From an uncultured cyanobacterium (GTDB lineage Bacteria; Cyanobacteriota; Cyanobacteriia; Cyanobacteriales; Cyanobacteriaceae): a stretch of DNA of 64,000 nucleotides. A program made the translations under genes and the position numbers. The notes beneath the pieces were generated by a model. It saw only the letters and a program-made list of their open reading frames with translations, was not told where the DNA came from and made no database searches. Where the stretch lies: contig CAVQBA010000006.1 in assembly GCA_963710605.1 (NCBI GenBank), forward strand, positions 608,001 to 672,000. Direction: 5' to 3'. Positions 1 to 9,436 of the stretch are shown piece after piece. Position 1 is the stretch's first letter; every line of letters begins with the position of its first letter.

Positions 1-1458
1 TCCTAAACCCGTACCCATAAAGACACGAGTTGTACTACCGTTACCTTGAATGAAAGGTTCAAAAATTTGTTGTTGTTGTTCGTCACTAATACCGATACCC
101 GTATCTTCAATCACTATCTTAAGGTTGATCGAAGATTTTTCTGATGATATTTTTGGCTCTTGTGCGATCACTTCTCCTCGATCGTCAAGGATAAACACTT
201 TTATTTTGACATAACCGTGAAAAGTAAATTTAATCGCATTACCTACTAAATTAAACAATATTTGACGCAAACGAATCGGGTCGAAATAAATTTGCTCGGG
301 GACATTGTCTGCTATTTCGAGTTTCAAATCTAAATCATTATCCAATAATTTGGGAATAAAGAAGTCCTTGATTTCTTGAAGATAAGTTAGCAAATCAATA
401 GTTTCGTATTCAATTTTTAATTGACCTGCTTCTATTTTAGATAAATCGAGTATATCGTTAATTATTTGTAATAATGTGTTACCACTTCTGATAATAATAT
501 CTAAATAATGTAACTGATTGGGTTCGTTAATTTTGTATTTGAGTAAGTCAGAAAAGCCAATGATTCCATTAAGAGGAGTACGAATCTCATGACTCATATT
601 CGCTAAAAATTCTGATTTTAGACGAGAGCTTTCTAAGGCGGCTTCTTTGGATTTGATTAGATTTTCGATTCTTTTAGTGACAAAAATAATTCCGCCAACT
701 TCGTTATTGGAGGTGTACCAAGGTTTGATTGCCCAAGTAAGATTAATAAATTCACCTTCTCTTAATTCAAATTTATCTTCATCTTTATATTGCTCTTCTC
801 CTGCAAGTGCTTTTGCGAGAATTTGTTTCTGTTCGTCTGAGAGTGTCGGAAAAACTTCGTAATGATTTTTGCCTAGAATATTTTCTTCTAGATGATAGTC
901 TTCAATCCATTGTTGACTATAAGCAATATAATTCATCTGATTGTTTAAAACAGCGATCGCACCTGGGGCATTTTGAATAATTTTTTCTAATCTAGTTCTT
1001 TCGTCGGCTAATTTTTCGTTTGTCTGTCCTAAATCAACATTTTTGATATTTAATTCATTTTGAACTTTTTTAAGTTTATCAATATTAACGAAAGTTAAAA
1101 CAATACCATTTCTAACTTGATCTTGTTTATAGTAATGATTAACACGCATCAGTAAGTTTTCGCCACTTTTCTTAATCTGAACTTCTTCTTCGTGAGTTTC
1201 ACCTGTTTCGATCACTGATTTGAGAGTATCAACTAATTGAGGATAATCGATATTATAGGTAAAATGTTCTAAAGGACGGTTAATATCCGTCGAGCAAATA
1301 TTAATTATTTTAGTGGCGGCAGGAGTAAATTTACGTATTTTAAGATTTTTATCAAGGAAAATTACGCCAATATCAGTACTACGTAATAGGTTATCAATAT
1401 CACTAGTTAATTCGGTTAGTTCTTCTAGTTTAGATTGATATTCTGTATTAACGGTGTA
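1..1458 (-). pseudogene. C-terminal part (PAS + HisKA + HATPase_c) of a CheB-CheR-PAS histidine kinase fusion; out of frame with 1448..3547 and running off the window edge
   Basis: Manual translation from 1458 gives [48 protein letters not shown], then KSEFLANMSHEIRTPLNGIIGFS (H box), LRQILFNLVGNAIKFT (N box), EDTGIGI (G1) and GTGLG at positions 15-1. It joins the upstream ORF if one TAAT of the TAATTAAT at 1459-1466 is removed. Confidence 0.88.
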
Positions 1459-3547
1459 TAATTAATTCTTCGTTAACTGATTGTAATTCTTCATTGGTGC
1501 TTTGTAATTCTTCGTTAGAAGCTAGTAATTCTTCATTCGTCGCTTGTTGCTCTTCGTTAGTGGTTTCTAACTCTTCGATCGTAATTTGCAGATTTTGACG
1601 AGTCTGTTGTAATTCGTATTCTAACTCTCCTAATTGCTCTTGAGTATTTGAATCAATATTAACTAAATTGTCTGAATGAGAACTAGATTGATTATCAAAT
1701 TCAAAAGTAATAATAAAATGTTCTGACATCCAAGGTACGGTAGGATCGTAACCAACACGTAAATTAACAATTTCTTCTCTCTCGTTGCGATCGAGTTTAA
1801 TATTAGTATAAATAACTGAGGTTTGTTCTCGTTTAGCTCGATTCAATGCCGTGGAAAGAGGTAACTTAAGTTGTGGAGTAACTATATCCATTACATTTAA
1901 GTTAGCATTACCGACTGAAAATTTAAGTAAGTCAGCTTGATTATAAAATATATGAGCTAGTTGATAGTTTTTATTTACTAACAAACAAGTCAGATGTTGT
2001 TTTTGAAAACAAAATTTGAAAACTTCACCAATCATTCGATCGAAACGTAAATGACCAAGATTAGTATTTTTATTATGTTGTTCAAAAGTAGGTACAATTG
2101 GTTGACGACTAATGGGAATTAAAGAAAGCTCTATATCCCGACGTTTACTATAAAACTTGTAACGACTATGAATCGGATCGAATTCAGGTTCTAAATCAGC
2201 TAAAGTTTCCGAGTTTCCTAAAAATAAAACTCCCTTTACCGCTAAAGAAAAATGAAGTAAACGTAATACTTGTTGCTGTAATTTAGGTTGCATATAAATA
2301 AGCACATTACGACAAGTTATCATCGTCATTTTAGAAAAACCCGCATTCTTGGTTAAGTCATGAGGTGCAATAATCAGCATTTCTCGTAAACTACGTCTAA
2401 CTTGATATTCTTCTTTACCGTTAGAAGTAAAATATTTTTGTAATCTTTCAGTTGAAATATCTTTTCTAATCGTAGCGGGATAAGTACCTTTAGATGCTGT
2501 TTCTAAAGCTCTGGTGTCTAAATCAGTAGCAAAGATTTTTACTGAAATATTTTTTTTCATTGCTGTTAGTACTTCATCAATCACGATCGCCATAGAGTAG
2601 GCTTCTTCTCCTGTTGAGCAAGCACAAACCCAAACTCTTAATTGTTGCCCTGTGGGAATAGAATTAATCAGTGATGGCAATACCTCTGTTTTTAAATATT
2701 CCCATGCTTTAGGATCTCGAAAAAATCTAGTTGCACCGATTAATAAATCTTGACGAAGAAATTTTTGTTCTTCAGTCGAGTCAGTAACTAAATTAATATA
2801 ACTATTTAAAGAAGGTTGACGAGTTAAGGCACAGCGATGAGCGATACGACGACTGATGGTATTAATTTTGTAATGCGAAAAATCAATGTGTTCTTTTTCG
2901 GCTAAAAGATTGAGAATAGTTTGTATTTTTTCAGGATCGATTAAATTACTATCTCCTGAAGTATATTGAGGATAGTTATCACTAAAATGAACTAAATTAG
3001 TAACTGTTTTGGCTAAATCGCTAGGAGAAAGTATTTCATCTACAATGCCGAAGGGAATGGCACTACTAGGCATACTACTAAATTCAGCTGTCTCCGCAGA
3101 TTGAACTAATGATATTCCTCCTAAGGCACTAATTTTTTTCATCCCTTCTGTACCATCATTACCTGTACCTGAAAGTAGAATAGCGATCGCTTTTTCTTTA
3201 TAATTTTTAGCTAACGAATGAAAAAATGTATTGATAGGATAACTTAATGATTCGGATTGTTTGGTTAATTTAAACTTACCTTCTTTAATTTTCAAGGTTT
3301 TACCCGGAGGCAAAACATAAATACGATTAACTTCTATCGGGTCATTATCAATAATTTGAGATACTTGTATTCTAGTTTGTTTTTGCAATAACTCGCTCAT
3401 CATACTACGAAAATCACGAGATAGGTGTTGCACGACAATAAAAGCCGCATGACAATCGGCATCTAAATTAGCAAAAAAATCTTGTAACGCTTGTAATCCT
3501 CCTGCTGAAGCCCCAATCCCAACTACGAAAAAGTTATCTTCTGCCAT
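1448..3547 (-). CDS. CheB methylesterase-CheR methyltransferase fusion with coiled coil (N-terminal part of a frameshifted sensor kinase)
   Basis: [12 protein letters not shown] and SGTGNDG CheB motifs; [19 protein letters not shown] and CRNVLIY CheR motifs; [16 protein letters not shown] coiled coil ending abruptly. Confidence 0.92.
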   Translation of the reverse strand: MAEDNFFVVGIGASAGGLQALQDFFANLDADCHAAFIVVQHLSRDFRSMMSELLQKQTRIQVSQIIDNDPIEVNRIYVLPPGKTLKIKEGKFKLTKQSESLSYPINTFFHSLAKNYKEKAIAILLSGTGNDGTEGMKKISALGGISLVQSAETAEFSSMPSSAIPFGIVDEILSPSDLAKTVTNLVHFSDNYPQYTSGDSNLIDPEKIQTILNLLAEKEHIDFSHYKINTISRRIAHRCALTRQPSLNSYINLVTDSTEEQKFLRQDLLIGATRFFRDPKAWEYLKTEVLPSLINSIPTGQQLRVWVCACSTGEEAYSMAIVIDEVLTAMKKNISVKIFATDLDTRALETASKGTYPATIRKDISTERLQKYFTSNGKEEYQVRRSLREMLIIAPHDLTKNAGFSKMTMITCRNVLIYMQPKLQQQVLRLLHFSLAVKGVLFLGNSETLADLEPEFDPIHSRYKFYSKRRDIELSLIPISRQPIVPTFEQHNKNTNLGHLRFDRMIGEVFKFCFQKQHLTCLLVNKNYQLAHIFYNQADLLKFSVGNANLNVMDIVTPQLKLPLSTALNRAKREQTSVIYTNIKLDRNEREEIVNLRVGYDPTVPWMSEHFIITFEFDNQSSSHSDNLVNIDSNTQEQLGELEYELQQTRQNLQITIEELETTNEEQQATNEELLASNEELQSTNEELQSVNEELIIHR

Positions 3548-4029
3548 GATGTTTTTTTAACTACTTCTTTTATTAACTAACAAATACAAGTTATACTCAT
3601 TTTAAATCTAGCTATTTTTTTTGTTAATAATATCTATCTAAAGATTGATTTAAGTTAATTTAATTTTTGATCAACTACTGATAACAAATCTGTTTATTCT
3701 ATTTTTATTCTCTAGTAAATCAGTTAAAACTTTTCATAATCAATCTGTCTAATAATTTATTTTATTTTTGAGATGATATTTAGTTTTACTTATCTTTTAA
3801 AAAAATATCTTTTGAAATACAAAGTATAACAAAGATGTTTACTTAGTTAAGCTGTTATTATTTCTCTAAAAGGATTTTAAAATTGTTACTAATAGTTATT
3901 TCAACATAGATAATAATTTAGATTTAATTTTAGTTGAGATTAAGTTAGTTGATTAAGATTATTCATATAATATGTAAATTAAAGTTAACCAAATATTTTA
4001 AATAGTTTTAAATAGATAGATAGAGTTTA

Positions 4030-4509
4030 ATGAATTTTTATCGGATTACCTCGCTTATTATCGCCTCATTTATATGTTTAGAAACGATCGCTGTTAACGC
4101 TCAAATTACTCCAGAAAATAAGTTTGATAATTTAAGAAAACAATTGGAAGATTATGGTTTTACGGTAAAAATAGAACCACCACCTCGAAGAAGCACTTAT
4201 GGTTTGTTACAAACTACTACAAAAACTATTTGGATAAACCCGATCGTTTTTGATTTAAAAATTGCTTTACCGACTCTGATACATGAAGCTACCCATGCCG
4301 CTCAAGTGTGTGTAGGTAATGGTGAAATTTCACCTCTTGAGTTATCACTTACAGCACCAAATATTTCTCGCAGGTTTTTTATGCGTTATAATCACGGACT
4401 TCGCCGACACTTAGAAGCACAAGCATATACAATTCAAACTCATCCTGATGGTTATGAGTTAGTTACGCAGTTGTTACAACAACATTGTACATTGTCAGTA
4501 AATCGTTAA
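4030..4509 (+). CDS. Exported hypothetical protein with HExxH zincin-like motif
   Basis: Signal-peptide-like N-terminus (..AVNA-Q), LIHEATHAAQ and a downstream LEAQAY glutamate. Confidence 0.7.
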   Translation: MNFYRITSLIIASFICLETIAVNAQITPENKFDNLRKQLEDYGFTVKIEPPPRRSTYGLLQTTTKTIWINPIVFDLKIALPTLIHEATHAAQVCVGNGEISPLELSLTAPNISRRFFMRYNHGLRRHLEAQAYTIQTHPDGYELVTQLLQQHCTLSVNR

Positions 4510-4576
4510 AAGTTAGTTCTCTATTCTCATCTATTTTTTTTCTAGTTATTCGATTGATTTGACTAGATTTAACTTG

Positions 4577-4764
4577 TATAGTTATTTGGCATTTAGACTA
4601 AGACATTCACATTCATCGAAAAAATTTGAGTATTAAGCCCACCTTGCAATAAATCTCCATTGAGCTAATAGATATCGTTTAATAAATTTCAAACTGAGCG
4701 AAGTCGAAGTTTAAACTAAAATTATAGACCACAAATTATTTCCTTTTTATTTGAAACTATTATA
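4577..4764. mobile_element. Degenerate MITE-like element with TATAGT...ATTATA ends
   Basis: Ends resemble the TIRs of the 15615-15691 element; contains the CTGAGCGAAGTCGAAG dispersed-repeat motif. Confidence 0.4.
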
Positions 4765-4870
4765 AATAACAATACCAAGCCTTGTAATCATTACTTTAGT
4801 AATTAATTAACCATAAAAAAAATACCCGAACAGGATTTCAGGTATTAAACGTAATAGCAATAACTAATGA

Positions 4871-5875
4871 TTAATTTTTAATTAATTGAGGAATATTTTC
4901 TGTCCATTTACGAGGCTCAGCTTGACGACGGATATAACGCCAAATTTGGGTGGCGGCTAAAGTGCCATCAGCTACGGCTACAGATACTTGATTTAATCCT
5001 TGTTTCAAGTCACCTAAAGCAAAAATACGATCGTGAGTAGTTTGACACATATTATTAGTAATCAAATTTTCACCTTCATACTCTAAGCCTTCGATTCCTT
5101 TAAGATAATGATTATGGTAAATTGAACCCATATTAATCAATCCTGTGGTTGCTTCCACAAATTGCCCATCAGCTAATTGAATACCTCGCAGTTGATGTTT
5201 TTCGCCAACTAACTTTTCAACTTTACTTTCATAAAGAGGATAACCATATTCTGCTAATTTCTGTTTCATTTCGTCGCTCACCTCAAAGTCACCATTAGTC
5301 AAGACAGAGATATAAGGAGTGAACCAATTTAAAACAAAGGCGGCGTTAATTTGTGGCTCTCTAGCTACCATCAAAACAGCTTTTTGATCCCACATATCAA
5401 AACCATCACAAATCATACAAACATGAAGGGTATAACCTGCATAATCATAGACATTTTGCATATCTTCTAATTGAGGCAAAACATCCATTACTCCTGAAGC
5501 GGCAATCAGATATTTACTACGGAAAACAGGATAAATACTTTCTTTTTTACCTACTTTAACTTTCACAGCAAAGTTATCACCTTCATCGGTTACTTCTTCT
5601 ACATATCCTCTAAGATGATCTGCTCCCCATTCGATCGCTTGTCTTGTACCGTGATTGAGTACTTTGCTACCTCCAACATCAGGATCAACTCCTAAATAAT
5701 TACGGACATCTTGCATCCAAACCGATCGTCCTTTACCTTTCTCGATTATTAATGCTTTTAGCCCATAACGAGCTAAATAAATAGCGGCTGATAAACCACC
5801 CATTCCGCCACCGACAATAATAGCATCATAGACAGTATCTAGACGAGCGTGAATATTTTTTGATGATAATTTCAT
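4871..5875 (-). CDS. Thioredoxin-reductase-like flavoprotein, diflavin-linked disulfide oxidoreductase (DDOR)-type
   Basis: GGGMGG FAD motif, HVCMICDG redox motif, no canonical NADPH GxGxxA motif, C-terminal PRKW tail; resembles cyanobacterial DDOR as I recall it. Confidence 0.8.
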   Translation of the reverse strand: MKLSSKNIHARLDTVYDAIIVGGGMGGLSAAIYLARYGLKALIIEKGKGRSVWMQDVRNYLGVDPDVGGSKVLNHGTRQAIEWGADHLRGYVEEVTDEGDNFAVKVKVGKKESIYPVFRSKYLIAASGVMDVLPQLEDMQNVYDYAGYTLHVCMICDGFDMWDQKAVLMVAREPQINAAFVLNWFTPYISVLTNGDFEVSDEMKQKLAEYGYPLYESKVEKLVGEKHQLRGIQLADGQFVEATTGLINMGSIYHNHYLKGIEGLEYEGENLITNNMCQTTHDRIFALGDLKQGLNQVSVAVADGTLAATQIWRYIRRQAEPRKWTENIPQLIKN

Positions 5876-6017
5876 AATTATTTATTCCTCCTTCAATGTT
5901 TGTCACGATTAATAACAAAACTATTTAAACTTTTTAAATCCTCCTCAAATAATAAGAGGAAGATTTATTTACTTATTGATTCAATATTTGAACTTTATCT
6001 TCTACTTCAATTATAAA

Positions 6018-6590
6018 TTAACCAACAAATTCTTTAACTGCCTCGCTTACACCTTTAGGTGATTCACCTTTAAGATAAGAAAGCATGGTATCAGCATCGC
6101 TAACTTCAAAAGGGTCTGTGGGACAGTTGTCACCAAAGTCAGGCTCAATAAACATTTTCTCGATTTGCTTATCGTTAACAAGCATAGAGTAACGCCATGA
6201 GCGAGAACCAAAACCGAGGTTATCTTTTTTAACTAACATACCCATTCCAGCGGTAAATTCAGCACTACCATCAGGTAAAAGTAATACTTTTTTCGCTCCG
6301 ATTTCCCTGCCCCATTTGAACATGACAAAGGCATCATTAACCGAAACACAAATTATTTGATCTACTCCTAAAGCCTTAAATTCGTCATATAACTCTTCGT
6401 AACGAGGAAGATGGTTAGAAGAGCAAGTAGGAGTGAATGCACCAGGTAGTGAAAAGACGATAACTTTCTTACCGCCAAAGATATCATCTGTGGTTACATC
6501 TTGCCAACGATAAGGATTTGGTCCTTCTACAGAATCATCTCTTACACGTGTCTTGAATACGATATCGGGTACTTGGGTTACTGTTGCCAT
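6018..6590 (-). CDS. Type II peroxiredoxin (Prx5-like)
   Basis: [19 protein letters not shown] and RSWRYSM motifs. Confidence 0.95.
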   Translation of the reverse strand: MATVTQVPDIVFKTRVRDDSVEGPNPYRWQDVTTDDIFGGKKVIVFSLPGAFTPTCSSNHLPRYEELYDEFKALGVDQIICVSVNDAFVMFKWGREIGAKKVLLLPDGSAEFTAGMGMLVKKDNLGFGSRSWRYSMLVNDKQIEKMFIEPDFGDNCPTDPFEVSDADTMLSYLKGESPKGVSEAVKEFVG

Positions 6591-6667
6591 ACTTTTTTCT
6601 CCTATTTATTTTCAAAAATTTTTGACTTAATTGATATTTGAAGGCATAATTAAAAATGTCTTCTACT

Positions 6668-6682
6668 TAAGAATAACTCTTA
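6668..6682. promoter_or_regulatory. Putative Per box (7-1-7 inverted repeat TAAGAAT-A-ACTCTTA)
   Basis: Near-palindrome resembling TTATAATnATTATAA, lying between divergent prx and perR. Confidence 0.55.
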
Positions 6683-6899
6683 TTTAAGAAAACGTCAATG
6701 GTAAGAATCATTTGATTTTTGTTATCTTAGAAGAGATCACAAAATTAAGATCAGTGAATTGAATAATTGTTAATAGTCAAATTACTTGACTTTCTGTTTT
6801 TAGGTTCACGTATCACGTATTTAATAATCTTTCAGTTATGTGATTTATAAGTTAAATCGATCGAAACTCTTATCAAAGTAAATTATTAAAATCAGTACT

Positions 6900-7325
6900 A
6901 TGAAAACATCAACAGATACAATTATTCAAACTTTAAAGGCAAAAGGATTAAGAGTTACTCCCCAACGCTTTTCGGTGTATGCTAATTTGTTAGCTAGAGA
7001 AGATCATCCCACCGCTGAAATCCTTTTACAAGATTTGAATGAAGATACTCCAACATTGTCTCAAGCAACTGTTTATCTTTCTTTGAAGACTTTACGAGAT
7101 GTCGGTTTAATCCGAGAAGTTTTATTAGAAGAAGGTGTTTGTCGTTACGATGCGAATGTGAATCACCATCACCATTTTTGTTGTACCAAATGTGGTGAAA
7201 TTGAAGATATTCCTTGGGATGATTTGGAAGGGGTAAAGGTAAATAATCTTCGTTCGGGATTAAAAATCGATCGTTATGAGGTTACTGTTTATGGAAATTG
7301 TGGTTGCGAATCAGTTGATAGTTGA
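6900..7325 (+). CDS. perR: Fur-family peroxide stress regulator PerR
   Basis: GLRVTPQR, HPTAE, SQATVY and HHHFCCTKCG motifs; divergent from a type II peroxiredoxin, as in Synechocystis. Confidence 0.85.
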   Translation: MKTSTDTIIQTLKAKGLRVTPQRFSVYANLLAREDHPTAEILLQDLNEDTPTLSQATVYLSLKTLRDVGLIREVLLEEGVCRYDANVNHHHHFCCTKCGEIEDIPWDDLEGVKVNNLRSGLKIDRYEVTVYGNCGCESVDS

Positions 7326-7351
7326 TAGTTAAGGTGGGTATTTAAATTTAA

Positions 7352-7442
7352 TTCCCCTCCTTAATCCCCCTCTTATCCCCCTTCGCAAGGGGGAGGATAA
7401 CGGATGCTTCGCTTTTACTTCAGGAGGGGCTAGGGGTGGTTT
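7352..7442. repeat. CCCCC/GGGGG palindromic dispersed repeat between convergent genes
   Basis: TATCCCCCTTCGCAAGGGGGAGGATA-type hairpin; related sequences near 12685, 20975 and 51365. Confidence 0.55.
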
Positions 7443-7443
7443 A

Positions 7444-9114
7444 TTATTTACCGAAGTTGAAAAAGACGGTACTTCTTTCGATGCCGTTTTCCACTCCTTG
7501 ACTAGTTAGGGTTAGAGAATTGAGATTATCAAATAAGGGTTTAAATCCTAACTCCACGACTCGCAATAAAGGAAATCTTTTGGTTAAATAAGGTTTGAGC
7601 GGTTGCCATTTTAAATATAAGTAACCATAATTTTCCTGAGGTAAAGCAGAAACACTTGTTTGAAAAGCGTTATTATCTAGAAGACTATAAGGCGATTCGC
7701 TGAGGCTATTACTGAGTAAATCGACTGAGCTAGTTATGATTTCGTAGGATTCTTTCTGGGCATGAACTCCTTTTACTTGTGCTTCTAGACTAGAATAGTT
7801 ACGATCGCTGGTAGTAATTAGTTTTGTCCATGTAGTCATGGTACGATCGTCTAAGGGTAAGCTACCGATACTCAAACCACGATTTTGAGCAATACTATCA
7901 AATTCGGTTGTTAAAGGCTCATCAGTTACCTCATCAATAAAAAACCAATCCAAAGACTTACGCTCTTTATTTTGACTAAAAGAAAAGGCATATTCTCCTG
8001 TTACTTTATCAAAAATTTGGCTTTGAAAATCTAAATCTAAAGAAGATTCGATCGGTTTAATAATTTGAGCCAGAATTTGACTAAAAGGATTATTATCATT
8101 CAACCCTTGATTTAAATCTTCTGCTAAAGCTTGTAAATTTACCCCAGCAACCGCTAAAGCACTATTTTCGGGAACGAAAGCCAATGTTGATGGTACTTCG
8201 TTTAAAGTGTTTTTTTCTTCGTTTGCTTCTGCTTCTAATTGTGCTTCATCTTTAGGGCCGAAAAAAGCAGTATTAGCAATCAACCCTTGACCGTCTAATT
8301 GTAAACTAAGGGTTAAACTTTTAGTTTCTGAAGTATCTGCGATTTGAGCTTTGTTAGTAATCCATGCTGATGTAGTAGGCAAATTTAAATAGACAACCCC
8401 AACTTTCTTAGTCGGTAAAACTTCTAGTGACTCTTGATAAGCGATATCATTTTCTAAATTAAGCTCAACTGCTTGAACATTATTAATAGCATCAATTAAG
8501 ACGGGTAAATCATTAGCGAATAAAACATAATCACCTACAACACCCGCGGCTACTTGTTTGATAGGACTATTTTTACCAAACGGATGCTGATAAACTATAT
8601 TAACTCCTTCATATTCATCAAAAATTAATTCTGAAGTATCTGAAAGTACGTCTTGTACGTAATAAGTCTGAAGAAATTCATTCGCCGCCTGACTGTCATT
8701 GTGTTTAACAGCTAACAAATAACCAGGTTGTGTACCGTTGCTGTTATTATGGTCATAATCAAGGGATGTTACCGCAAAAGTCACTTCATCATCTATCCAT
8801 CCTTTCAAATCATCGATCGAATTAACTTGAGCTTGAGTCAATAAAGTCGATCGTAATTTGTCCATTGCTTTAGCCACTTGTTTAAATTCGCCATTGGTGG
8901 GCAAAAATTTAACGAAAGAATCTAACTGCTGAGGATTGATTAAGACAGATACCATCAAAGGAGACTGTTTGGGGACAAAAACGACACCTTTAGGATTATC
9001 TTCAACTCCTACACCCACCAATAAATTAACAGAGCGATTTGCAAAAAAAGAAAAACCCAAAACGGCAACCAAAATTACCCCGATTAAGGCAATTAAAACT
9101 TTACGAAATTTCAT
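7444..9114 (-). CDS. DUF3352-like membrane-anchored protein
   Basis: N-terminal hydrophobic anchor; FVPKQSPLMVS, EVTFAVTSLDYD and QPGYLLA motifs typical of this cyanobacterial family. Confidence 0.8.
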   Translation of the reverse strand: MKFRKVLIALIGVILVAVLGFSFFANRSVNLLVGVGVEDNPKGVVFVPKQSPLMVSVLINPQQLDSFVKFLPTNGEFKQVAKAMDKLRSTLLTQAQVNSIDDLKGWIDDEVTFAVTSLDYDHNNSNGTQPGYLLAVKHNDSQAANEFLQTYYVQDVLSDTSELIFDEYEGVNIVYQHPFGKNSPIKQVAAGVVGDYVLFANDLPVLIDAINNVQAVELNLENDIAYQESLEVLPTKKVGVVYLNLPTTSAWITNKAQIADTSETKSLTLSLQLDGQGLIANTAFFGPKDEAQLEAEANEEKNTLNEVPSTLAFVPENSALAVAGVNLQALAEDLNQGLNDNNPFSQILAQIIKPIESSLDLDFQSQIFDKVTGEYAFSFSQNKERKSLDWFFIDEVTDEPLTTEFDSIAQNRGLSIGSLPLDDRTMTTWTKLITTSDRNYSSLEAQVKGVHAQKESYEIITSSVDLLSNSLSESPYSLLDNNAFQTSVSALPQENYGYLYLKWQPLKPYLTKRFPLLRVVELGFKPLFDNLNSLTLTSQGVENGIERSTVFFNFGK

Positions 9115-9186
9115 GAGTTAAGACTTATACCTATTACTCTACATAATATATCACTTCTAGAATTGAGAATTGAGAATGAACTAAAA

Positions 9187-9295
9187 AGTAAGGAGTAAGG
9201 AGTAAGGAGTAAGGAGTAAGGAGTAAGGAGTAAGGAGTAAGGAGTAAGGAGTAAGGAGTAAGGAGTAAGGAGTAAGGAGTAAGGAGTAAGGAGTA
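9187..9295. repeat. Perfect heptamer tandem repeat (AGTAAGG)x15 plus AGTA, STRR-like
   Basis: Read directly from the sequence. Confidence 0.97.
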
Positions 9296-9436
9296 TTGAT
9301 TACTAATTGTTTATTAGACTTCTTTTGAAAGAAAATTTTTTAATTTGTTTGTAGTGAGGGTTTTAACCCTCTTTTCAATAATTGTTTCCAAATTATTAAT
9401 TATTTAGTGCATAAATTAGCAAAGTCAACTGGATAA

